Shown here: positions 52,919 through 61,599 of the stretch, piece after piece | Numbering within the stretch: the stretch's first letter is position 1 | How the letters are laid out: each line of letters opens with the position of its first letter | Source of the DNA: Candidatus Borrarchaeum weybense | GTDB taxonomy: Archaea > Asgardarchaeota > Sifarchaeia > Borrarchaeales > Borrarchaeaceae | Direction: 5' to 3' | Length of the DNA stretch: 64,000 bases | NCBI GenBank assembly: GCA_019057385.1 | Contig: JAHQJS010000004.1 | Span: 948,727 to 1,012,726, forward strand | Notes under the pieces: generated by a model | Told to the model about the DNA's origin: nothing | Database searches by the model: none | The model's input: the letters and a program-made list of their open reading frames with translations, nothing else | Position numbers and translations under genes: made by a program

Positions 52919-53326
52919 GTGAATAAACAAACTGATTTACAAAATAATAAGGAACTTTATGGCGTTTTCAATGAATTAAGGAACTATTTAGCCGGTATGG
53001 CTGCTGGTATGACTCGTGATGAAAGTTTAATACAAGAATTGATACCTCTTCTCTTTTGTAAAATTTATACTGAAAAAAATATAGATTTGAAAGATAAGTT
53101 TCGAGCAGAATCAAAAGAATCAGCCGGTGTTATAAAAAGGCGGATTTCAGCAATTTTCAAAATGGTTAAGAAAGAATTTGAGGATATTTTTGAAGAAGAG
53201 GAAAAAATTGATCTAAAGGCGGAATCAGTTAAGTTCATTGTCAGCAAGCTGCAAAATCATGATCTAACGACGGTGGATCAAGATGCAATCGGAAATCTGT
53301 TTGAATCCTTCCTTGGTCGATCGTAG
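52919..53326 (+). pseudogene. N-terminal fragment of an N6-adenine MTase (HsdM-like) paralog
   Basis: GMTRDESLIQELIPLLFCKIY...DAIGNLFESFLG aligns to 56093..58666; stops about five codons before GQFFTP. Confidence 0.85.
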
Positions 53327-53595
53327 CCAAAGATACCAATTTGCTCGTAGCTAAAACAACTAATACTGATACTAAAATGTTACTCAAGCAGATTTGATTG
53401 TTTTGTATAATTAGTAGATGGTATCTAGTGTACAACTGATTTTCTCATTATTTACAAACAACTAAAATCTCAAATAACGTCTATAAACCACGAAAATTTA
53501 CTATCATACTTTTACTGTGGTCTCTCTCTAGTAAAATATATTATATTTCATAATTTTTCTAGAGAGCATGTATGTATTCTATCGAGGTTGTAAAC

Positions 53596-54408
53596 ATGAA
53601 ACAAACAAAAAAACAGATCGTGGTTCGTGCCTATACTCCAATAGCTAAACCTCATAATGTGTCTATTCAAAAAAATTCCACTATGCTTCTTCTAGGTGAA
53701 ATTTCTTATGAAAGTGGTTCGAAAGCATTCAATACAAAACTGTATTACATTAAAGGGGTACGCGGAATGTTGAGGCATGCCGCCATGTCTCTTGCTCAAG
53801 ATTGTGGTATAGAAGTCTGCCATTCCAGTGAAAAAACTGAGCTCAAAGATGGGACTCAACTCGTTCCTTCTGGTTTCCATCCTCTTGGCTCATGTGATCC
53901 TCCTTGTATTCTCCGAAGAATCTTTGGCACCTTCCGCGAAGAATCCTCAATCTCCGTCTTAGTTGATCCTATTGCTTCGATAAAGCATAAAGAATACACT
54001 ACTGAGTTACCTGCTCAAAAAGTCCATATCGCCACTGAAAATAGGATAGCCCTTACTTATGATAGAACGGCTATTCAAGATTTTCGTGAAAGCTATTTCA
54101 GCGGGTATTTTAACTTCGTAATCGACATCACAAATTTAACCGATGATGAGATCAAGTTCATCGTGGAATCGTTGCTCTACATCGAAACACTTGGCAGTGG
54201 CAAAAATGCTGGTTATGGATATATCAAGATTCTAGAGGTCGAAATCCAGAATGTACATGTTTTGCGAAACATCACGATGGATAACGGAGTATATAAGATC
54301 ATTGAAGAAATCGAAGTAAAACCGATACTACTTGAAAACATCGAAGAATGGAGAAACGCGTATATGAGAGAAAATCTGATAAAAATTGAACAACAACACT
54401 CCACTTGA
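53596..54408 (+). CDS. Cas7/Csm3-like RAMP protein
   Basis: First strand RAYTP, KGVRGMLRH helix, C...C..PC..RRIFG, ENRI thumb, G-rich loop LGSGKNAGYG; GAGGT RBS. Confidence 0.85.
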   Translation: MKQTKKQIVVRAYTPIAKPHNVSIQKNSTMLLLGEISYESGSKAFNTKLYYIKGVRGMLRHAAMSLAQDCGIEVCHSSEKTELKDGTQLVPSGFHPLGSCDPPCILRRIFGTFREESSISVLVDPIASIKHKEYTTELPAQKVHIATENRIALTYDRTAIQDFRESYFSGYFNFVIDITNLTDDEIKFIVESLLYIETLGSGKNAGYGYIKILEVEIQNVHVLRNITMDNGVYKIIEEIEVKPILLENIEEWRNAYMRENLIKIEQQHST

Positions 54409-54665
54409 TTAGTTGTGAAAGGGCGTGAGAAATAATGGAGATTTTCTCTTCTAAGACGCTCATCGCCCGCTTTTTCTCAGCTAAGACGGAATACTTCTTG
54501 TAATCTGCAAGAAGCACGTTCTTATGTGAGAGACAGTTATTATAGAGGTCCCAAACCTCGGTTGATGGGGAAAGAATGTCCGGCAGAGGGATGAATAAAA
54601 CGATAACTACTTTACCAAAAGGGTTACAAAAGCCGTTACTTTCCCATGGTCTTATATCTCCCGTT
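54409..54665 (+). ncRNA. Putative structured guide-like RNA, copy A (scaffold 54409-54610 plus variable 3' segment)
   Basis: Multi-hairpin intergenic region with motif string shared with 55537-55698. Confidence 0.7.
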
Positions 54666-54708
54666 TAAATGACAAAAAATTTAAAACATCCTATAGTGGT
54701 GCTGAAAA

Positions 54709-55512
54709 ATGCCAAAAAGATGGTTTAAATTATCTGGTGTAACTAAAACTCCAGTGATCACGAAAAAAAGACATTTTTTTCATAAATTTGGGGTAATTAC
54801 CATTAATGGTAGTCCTAGAGTGTTCGGTAAACTTACGAAAGGTGAGAGACGCGCTCCTATGACCTTTAGGGCATGGCATGGAACAGTAGAGTTTATTATT
54901 CCTCACTCAAAACTCGAACCAGCGCTCGCTATTGAAAGTATCGGGAGATATACCCATGAAGGGATGGGGCAAATACTGTGGACAAGTGTAAAACAACTCC
55001 CCAAAAGACCTCTCTATACTCCAAAAAAAATTAGGATTCGTAAAATGCTCCCAAAACTTTCAGATACATGGGAAAAACTAATGATCGCCATGTTACTACA
55101 TGATTTCGTGAATACTGAAAAACATTCCAGCAAAATTTACTCTGAGGTTACTATCGTTGATGACGACGTATATAATCTAGCGAAAAATCATCATAATTAC
55201 GAGATGGATGAAAGGGAATTGCCCCTCCTCGCTACCCTCCAACATTATGACCAAGTTTCTTCCTCAATTTCTCGAAAGTTTAGGTGGTCTACCTCCTCAC
55301 GTTATCGTGCAGATATTCAAGAGAAAATAGATTTTGATACACTAAAAAGAGAGATAGAATTGAGAAAACATTCTCTTTATGCTCTTTATAGCTTCATCTA
55401 TAAGTCTCAAGTACTTAATGAGATCAATGAGGCAATAGAATTTGGTTTCTCTTCTTTAAAAAACCATCTTCTTCTGATGGTCAATCTCTTTCTTGATGAC
55501 CTTTATGGATGA
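54709..55512 (+). CDS. Compact Cas5-like RAMP fused to HD nuclease domain
   Basis: VTKTPVI first strand, IGRYTHEGMG G-rich loop, then LLHDF...HH...YDQ..S HD pattern. Confidence 0.75.
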   Translation: MPKRWFKLSGVTKTPVITKKRHFFHKFGVITINGSPRVFGKLTKGERRAPMTFRAWHGTVEFIIPHSKLEPALAIESIGRYTHEGMGQILWTSVKQLPKRPLYTPKKIRIRKMLPKLSDTWEKLMIAMLLHDFVNTEKHSSKIYSEVTIVDDDVYNLAKNHHNYEMDERELPLLATLQHYDQVSSSISRKFRWSTSSRYRADIQEKIDFDTLKREIELRKHSLYALYSFIYKSQVLNEINEAIEFGFSSLKNHLLLMVNLFLDDLYG

Positions 55513-55536
55513 GTTTTTATGTCACAAGTTATGGTG

Positions 55537-55780
55537 TTGCAATCCCTCTTTACAGATAAATATACAGGATGCAAGACGGACTGTTCATCGCATATCGCGA
55601 TGAACACGTTCTTGTACATGAGACTGAACCCGAGAGGTCCCACGCCTCAGATGACGGGAATGGATGACAGGCCAAAGGACGAGAAAAGTGATAAATACGG
55701 ACACTTTTTCACGCCAAGAAACGTTGTCAGATTCGCTATTACCATTAATGATCCTAGGAATGGTAATGGCATCCTCCCTA
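55537..55780 (+). ncRNA. Putative structured guide-like RNA, copy B (scaffold to 55698 plus hsdM-like 3' segment)
   Basis: Same motif string as copy A with compensatory hairpins; followed by T-tract. Confidence 0.7.
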
Positions 55781-55794
55781 TTTTTTTATTTTTT
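55781..55794 (+). terminator. Archaeal poly-T terminator candidate
   Basis: TTTTTTTATTTTTT right after RNA copy B. Confidence 0.5.
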
Positions 55795-55803
55795 CAATAA
55801 TAG

Positions 55804-55960
55804 TTTTACATGAACCTCTCTTTTAAAAAAATGCCATTCATCCACATTATCATAGAAACTTCTAGCGAGATTACTAAGACTTGCCCAGAGCATCTATCTA
55901 TAACACACGAAAGATCAAACTTACTATAACAAAATAAACGTCAGAGGGGTTCTGGTAAAA
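55804..55960. repeat. 157-bp segment with 17-bp imperfect terminal inverted repeats (MITE-like)
   Basis: TTTTACATGAACCTCTC ... GAGGGGTTCTGGTAAAA (14/17 complementary); no clear TSD. Confidence 0.4.
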
Positions 55961-56002
55961 TGCTTCATAATTTTGAATAGTTTTGTCGGTTCCCCATACA
56001 AT

Positions 56003-56023
56003 TTTATAGATGTTGTTTGCAAA
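56003..56023. repeat. 21-bp dyad motif copy
   Basis: TTTATAGA-TGTTG-TTTGCAAA. Confidence 0.45.
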
Positions 56024-56092
56024 AAAGAACATCAAATTAGATTTCCTAGTTTTTTAACTTAAGTCAATGATTGCTCAGGTTGGTTAAGAATT

Positions 56093-58666
56093 ATGCCGAC
56101 ACGAACGAAATCAGTTGAAAAGGTTTCCTTTGCTGAGGAACGCGTCAAAGGACAGATGAGACTTATTGATTTTATTTCTGGAAGTTTAGTTGAAGCCACA
56201 CCTGAAGAGGTAGAGGCTGTTCAGGTCTTTTCTCGCAGATTGGTCGAAGAGTTTGGATATGATAAAAATCAAATCCAAACAAGACCTCAATTTAAAATCC
56301 GGGGCGCACCGTCAGGTAAACCAAAATATCCTGTTGACATAGCCGTCTTTAATGACGAAAAAAAAACCCATGGCAACTTGTTTATGATTGTCGAATGCAA
56401 ACGAAAGACTCGTCGAGATGGAGAAAAGCAACTGAAAATATATTTGGGACTATCAAGTGCTCAGATAGGAGTTTGGTTCAATGGTAGTGAGCACCTCTAC
56501 CTACAGAAGATTCTCGACAAAGAGGGAAATGTAACCTACAATTTAATTCCCACGATTCCCAAAAAAGGACAAAGAATTGAAGATATTGGCAAATACAAGC
56601 GAAAAAACCTGACGAAACCGAGTAATATAATCTCTTTGTTCAAAGATATTAAGAATCACTTATACGGAAACGTCGTAGGAATTACTCGTGATGAAGCTTT
56701 AATACAAGAAATAATGAATCTACTATTCTGCAAAATATACGATGAACTGAATACTGCTCCGGAAGATGATGTTGCTTTCAGAGTAGGAATCAATGAAGAC
56801 TCGAATCAGGTCAAGGAGAGAATCTCTGAGCTATTCAAGTTTGTGAAAATAGCATACGAGGATATCTTCGAAGAGCGAGACGAATTACGTCTTGATCCTG
56901 ACTCACTTTGTTATGTTGTTGGCGAATTGCAACCTTATAGTCTGTCAGAAGTAGATAGTAACGCAATAGGCGATGCGTTCGAGGTATTCATTGGAAAGGC
57001 GCTCAAGGGTGCCGAGGGGCAGTTTTTTACACCTCGAAATGTGGTTCGAATGGCTGTTGAGATACTTGACCCACAACCCTACGAACATATCGTTGATCCT
57101 GCATGCGGTAGCGGAGGTTTCTTAATATTTGCAATGGAACATGTGTGGCAAAAACTTAAGATTGAAGCTAAAAGAAAGAATTGGTCAACCGAAATGCTAC
57201 AGAAAAGAAAGACAGAAATTGCGAGCAAATTTTTTGGTGGAATTGACAAGGACATGTTCCTAGCAAAAGTCACAAAGGCTTACATGGCACTAATAGGTGA
57301 CGGTAGAGGCGGAATATTCTGTGAAAACTCTTTAGAATTCCCAGAAAAATGGCAGGCGACTACCCAACAAAGAATAATGCTTGGTAAATTTGATGTTCTA
57401 TTTACTAATCCTCCCTTCGGATCAAAGATCACTATCAAGAAATCATTGTATTCTCAGTTCGAGTTAAGCTTTAAATGGAATAAAAACAAAAAAACTGGTA
57501 AGTGGAAGAAGGGTAATAAACAGGCAGACAAAAGACCACCGCAAGTTCTGTTTATTGAGCGATGTTTACAATTTCTTGCTCCAAACGGAAGAATGGCAAT
57601 CGTTTTACCTGATGGTTTATTAAGCAATCCCAGCGATGGTTATATTACACAGTATATCAAGGATAATGCTGAGATCATTGGACTCGTCGATTTACCAATG
57701 AGTACTTTCTTACCTAATACACCCACGAAGACACATATTTTGTTCTTAAGAAAGAAAAAACCTGAGGGGAACTATCCAATCTTTATGGCCTACGCGAAAA
57801 CTTGTGGACATGATAAGAGAGGGAAGATCATCTATAAAGTCGGTGAAGCTGGTCAAAATGTTGTTGATGATGACATTTATGAAATATCAAAGCATTTTGC
57901 TCGCAGATATGAAAGAGTTAATAAATATGATAGGAAGGGATTTCTTGTTTATCTTGACGATTTAAAGTCAGGTATACTGTTACCGAAATATTATAATCCA
58001 GAATTGAATGAGAGATTAGAAGCGTATCGACAGACTGGTGAATATGACGTTTATTCTATAGGTGATTTAGTTAAACTGGGAAAGTTGTGGATAAGGAGAG
58101 GCCATGAAGTCGGATCTGTGAATTATGGAACTGGCGATATCCCGTTTATTCGGACTTCGGAAATATCAAATTGGGAACTAACTGCCGATCCTACTCATTG
58201 TTTAGCCGAGGATATATACGAGGAATACAAGGATCGCCAGAAACTAAAAAAAGATGATATCTTAATTATAAATGATGGTACGTACCTAATGGGTCGAACC
58301 GCGATACTTTCTGAAAATGATACAAAAATTGTTGTTCAAAGTCACATCAGAATTCTTACAGTCTTAGACCGAGAATTTATTCACCCTTATCTTTTGTTGT
58401 TCCTCTTAGGATTGAGAATTGTTCAAGAACAGATTGAGTCGAAATCCTTTAGACAAGCTACTATCTCTACTCTAGGAAACAGACTTCTTGAAATCAGAAT
58501 CCCACTACCAAAAGATGAAAAAGTAAGAAAAGAAATTGTTGAGCAAGTTTCTAACATAGTTGAGAAGCGCTCGATGCTAAGACATAAGGCGATGAATATT
58601 GAATTCAATGGAACATCAGAGAGTGTTATGGGTATAAAAAACAAGGCAACCTTGGGAAATCTATAG
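56093..58666 (+). CDS. Single-chain restriction-modification enzyme (HsdR-N-like nuclease + N6-MTase + specificity domain; type IIG/IIB-like)
   Basis: PEE...Q, PVDIAV...IVECK nuclease; GQFFTP, DPACGSGG, NPPF; C-terminal TRD (IPFIRTSEI, DDILI, I.IPLP). Confidence 0.92.
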   Translation: MPTRTKSVEKVSFAEERVKGQMRLIDFISGSLVEATPEEVEAVQVFSRRLVEEFGYDKNQIQTRPQFKIRGAPSGKPKYPVDIAVFNDEKKTHGNLFMIVECKRKTRRDGEKQLKIYLGLSSAQIGVWFNGSEHLYLQKILDKEGNVTYNLIPTIPKKGQRIEDIGKYKRKNLTKPSNIISLFKDIKNHLYGNVVGITRDEALIQEIMNLLFCKIYDELNTAPEDDVAFRVGINEDSNQVKERISELFKFVKIAYEDIFEERDELRLDPDSLCYVVGELQPYSLSEVDSNAIGDAFEVFIGKALKGAEGQFFTPRNVVRMAVEILDPQPYEHIVDPACGSGGFLIFAMEHVWQKLKIEAKRKNWSTEMLQKRKTEIASKFFGGIDKDMFLAKVTKAYMALIGDGRGGIFCENSLEFPEKWQATTQQRIMLGKFDVLFTNPPFGSKITIKKSLYSQFELSFKWNKNKKTGKWKKGNKQADKRPPQVLFIERCLQFLAPNGRMAIVLPDGLLSNPSDGYITQYIKDNAEIIGLVDLPMSTFLPNTPTKTHILFLRKKKPEGNYPIFMAYAKTCGHDKRGKIIYKVGEAGQNVVDDDIYEISKHFARRYERVNKYDRKGFLVYLDDLKSGILLPKYYNPELNERLEAYRQTGEYDVYSIGDLVKLGKLWIRRGHEVGSVNYGTGDIPFIRTSEISNWELTADPTHCLAEDIYEEYKDRQKLKKDDILIINDGTYLMGRTAILSENDTKIVVQSHIRILTVLDREFIHPYLLLFLLGLRIVQEQIESKSFRQATISTLGNRLLEIRIPLPKDEKVRKEIVEQVSNIVEKRSMLRHKAMNIEFNGTSESVMGIKNKATLGNL

Positions 58667-58718
58667 TACCTTAGTTGATTTTTGGTCTCTTATATATCTA
58701 AGAATATAAGTTAAAGGC

Positions 58719-59555
58719 TATAAAATCGATAAGAATGGAGATAAACAACTCGATGATGATCTTTTGCAAATAGGTAAGCGATATCATGATCTACGTCAAA
58801 ATTTTAATGAAAAATATGACCATCTAGGTTTTTTCATTGACGTACAGAATTTAAAAAAAGGAATTCTCATGCCAAAATATTACAACCCAGAAATCAAGAA
58901 TGAATTAAGGAGGCTTAAAGAAACAGGCCATTATGATTTGGTAAGTATTGGAGAGTTGGAGGGACAAAACACACTCCAGATAAGTTGTGGTCACGAGATA
59001 GGTTCTATAAATTATGGCACAGGAGATATTCCTTTCATTCGCACCTCTGAAATAAGTAACTGGGAGATTGCAGCAGATCCGACTCATTGTGTTTCAGAAG
59101 ATATCTATGAGATGTACAGAACAAAGCAGGATCTACAGAAAGACGATATTCTTATTGTAAATGATGGGACCTACTTAGTTGGTCGAACTGCAATTCTATC
59201 AGAATTTGATGTGAAAATTGTTATTCAAAGTCATTTTAGAAAAATTCGTGTTCTTGATTGGAGTGACTTGACGCCGTATCTTTTGCTTTATCTGTTAGGT
59301 TTGAGAATAGTTCAGAATCAAATAGAAGCGAAAACATTTCGCCAGGCTACTATCTCGACTCTTGGAAATAGACTGCGAGAAATCATTCTGCCTATTCCAA
59401 AGAATTCCAAACTTAAAGCAGAAATTTCTGAAAGTGTAGAACTCATCGTTGGGAAACGTGCAAAATTACGGAATCAGGCTATGCACATGCAATTTGATGA
59501 TAAAAAAGAGAATGTGATGGGACTGCAAAATAAAGCAGCCCGTGGTAATATCTAG
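58719..59555 (+). pseudogene. C-terminal (specificity-domain) fragment of a paralogous R-M gene; may be expressed from TTG 58764
   Basis: Highly similar to the C-terminal third of 56093..58666; homology extends upstream (YKIDKNGDKQLDDD) with no start codon. Confidence 0.75.
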
Positions 59556-59626
59556 TGAAGTTCTAAAGGTTCGGTTTCAGATAATTGACAAACTAGTCTC
59601 GGGCTAATAAACACACTCAATAAAAT

Positions 59627-59992
59627 TCACGGAAAGGGTCTGATTTCATAAATTATCTTCCCTGTTTTTAATACATGCCGTAAGAATCTACTAATTGGAA
59701 TATGTTCATTTAGTTCCTCTTCTGTATACGCTAGTATATCACAGTCTACAGCCCTCTCTATAATCTCATAGATCTCTTTCATCCATTCTTTTCCTGATTT
59801 TGTGGGAGGCATAATAACAAAGAGGTCTAAATCACTCCATCTACCGACTTTTCCATGAGCTACAGAGCCAAACAATATTATTCTTATAACTCCCATCTCT
59901 TTAAGTTGTTGTGTAATTTCTTTTAGCCCTTGAAACAACTTCTCTTTTCTTTTTTCCTTTTGTGCGCGAAGTTCTTTCAATGTTAGACTCAT
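59627..59992 (-). CDS. Minimal nucleotidyltransferase (MNT) antitoxin
   Basis: ILFGSVAHG...SDLDL, CDIL, GKIIYE. Confidence 0.9.
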   Translation of the reverse strand: MSLTLKELRAQKEKRKEKLFQGLKEITQQLKEMGVIRIILFGSVAHGKVGRWSDLDLFVIMPPTKSGKEWMKEIYEIIERAVDCDILAYTEEELNEHIPISRFLRHVLKTGKIIYEIRPFP

Positions 59993-60165
59993 TGGTATCT
60001 CCAGTCTTTAAACTCGAATAAGTTCTTATAAACCGTATAATTATTCATAGAAATATAATAATCCTCTGAAAGGATAAGAAGTCACTTTTGGCAAATAGTA
60101 ATTATACTTTTGATTTGCACACATTTATCATCATGTGCAAAAATATATTATATTAGATAGAATCC

Positions 60166-60642
60166 TCACACCTCTATTTTGTATATGAATTCACAATAGG
60201 GGTCCCCTGCACACATGGATTTTGGACGTTCAACCGCAGCCTTTGGGTTTATAGTTTTAACAACGATATTTGGAAAGATTAAGTCCCATTCACTGATATC
60301 TTTTGGTTCTGTTTTAAACGGACATTCAGTAATTCTTTGTGTAATGCTTGTCTTAGATCGCTCAAGCCAAGAACTTTCAGCACCAGTGACCTCCCACCAT
60401 ATATCATAAAACTTTTCTATTTTTTCAATATCATTTCCTTCTATTTTAAAGATCTTCATAAGTGACTTTGTCATATTCCTTATTCTATCATCCATTTTAC
60501 TGACCATTTCATAAATTTCGAGTGCTGCAAAGGCTCCGTATTTCTTGCGAATCGCATATAAGAACCCTTTGAGTATAGTTGTCCATGCTCCTAAAACAAA
60601 ATCATATTTAAATTCCAAAGGTATCGCCACTTTCTTAACCAT
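60166..60642 (-). CDS. V4R/ATC-hydrolase-like ligand-binding protein
   Basis: ITECPF...INP...MCAGDPYCEF. Confidence 0.7.
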   Translation of the reverse strand: MVKKVAIPLEFKYDFVLGAWTTILKGFLYAIRKKYGAFAALEIYEMVSKMDDRIRNMTKSLMKIFKIEGNDIEKIEKFYDIWWEVTGAESSWLERSKTSITQRITECPFKTEPKDISEWDLIFPNIVVKTINPKAAVERPKSMCAGDPYCEFIYKIEV

Positions 60643-61005
60643 AGTCTCCTCCTCTCCAGTCTTTCGGCGTTATTTAAGGTTCTAGAAACTCTACATGAAT
60701 TACTAGGGTACATTTATTATTCGCTATTCTCGTTTCTATACTATTCTCACTTTTATACTTATATTCGCTATTCTCAGCTTTAAAACTAGTTTGAAATGCA
60801 AATGTGTTGGTAATAGCAACTAGAGAGCTGGAAACAAATAATTCGCTCAAAGTTGCTTCAAATCACAAAAATCATCTAAAAAATACAAGAAAAACCCGAG
60901 CGATACAAAAAATGATTTCAGTTGATATGCGAACAATAAATATATCTTCAAGTTAAATAAAAAAAAAGAAACTGAAAGTTGAGATCCTGCGGTTGGCAGC
61001 GTGTT

Positions 61006-61323
61006 TTAAGGGTTTAGAGCGGTAATAGCTTTATCAGGATAGAATTTTATGATGGTCTCAAAATCGACACAGGGTAATATTTCATACTCCAGTAGATCCA
61101 TCCAATAGCGATTAAATGCCGATAAATCCCTCATATCACCCTCAGCCACATAGACACTCGTAGTTTGACCGTAGGCGCTAGGAAAATCCCATGTAATGAA
61201 ATTTAACCGTTTAAAAGCTTCCGTAGCTGCTGAATCCTTTCCCTTTAGAAACTCTGCAAAGCGTTGTAAAACCGCTGGCGTTTGTTCAGGCTTCCATCTA
61301 GATATTCCAACAAATCTTGGCAT
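61006..61323 (-). CDS. DUF3303-like small protein
   Basis: MPRFV...W.PE...W.DLLEYEILPC pattern. Confidence 0.6.
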   Translation of the reverse strand: MPRFVGISRWKPEQTPAVLQRFAEFLKGKDSAATEAFKRLNFITWDFPSAYGQTTSVYVAEGDMRDLSAFNRYWMDLLEYEILPCVDFETIIKFYPDKAITALNP

Positions 61324-61476
61324 TTTTTCATCCCCTCCCTATTCTGGGTACTTATAAAGCGCCCCTCCTCGGCGCCTGGAGGTGTAAGAGTCATGTTTCC
61401 CTGAGAATCATTCATACAACTCCTCAGGTATCGACTCTCTTTCGACTGGGGGTGAAATCACCCCCTCCCCCACGAC

Positions 61477-61599
61477 TTGTCATAGTACAAGTTTTGATAG
61501 ATCGTTTGTCGCTATATGACAAACAACTTATCAGTTTATGACAAGTTAAATTACTATATATGACAACTTATATATATAGTTTTCTTTTACAAATGACAA
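61477..61599. promoter_or_regulatory. Helically phased ATGACAA array
   Basis: ATGACAA at 61516, 61538, 61560, 61593; inverted copy at 61477. Confidence 0.6.

Noticed and set aside
54530-54585. Twister ribozyme or group I intron identity of the scaffold (GUCCCAA loop; GAGAC/GUCC P7-like pairing)
   Set aside because: No twister UAA cleavage-site/T1 elements; no room for P6; the P7-like pairing is imperfect in copy B. Resemblance only, needs an Infernal search.
54611-54660. Segment A translating FTKRVTKA, similar to FLAKVTKA in the R-M gene
   Set aside because: Match too short to separate from chance; no convincing target for segment A found in this window.
55519-55800. 93-aa ORF with FFTPRNVV
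   Set aside because: Its first two-thirds overlap the RNA scaffold, whose other copy does not preserve this ORF; not treated as a real gene.
53327-56092. CRISPR array near the RAMP genes
   Set aside because: No regularly spaced 25-40 bp direct repeats seen here or elsewhere in the window.
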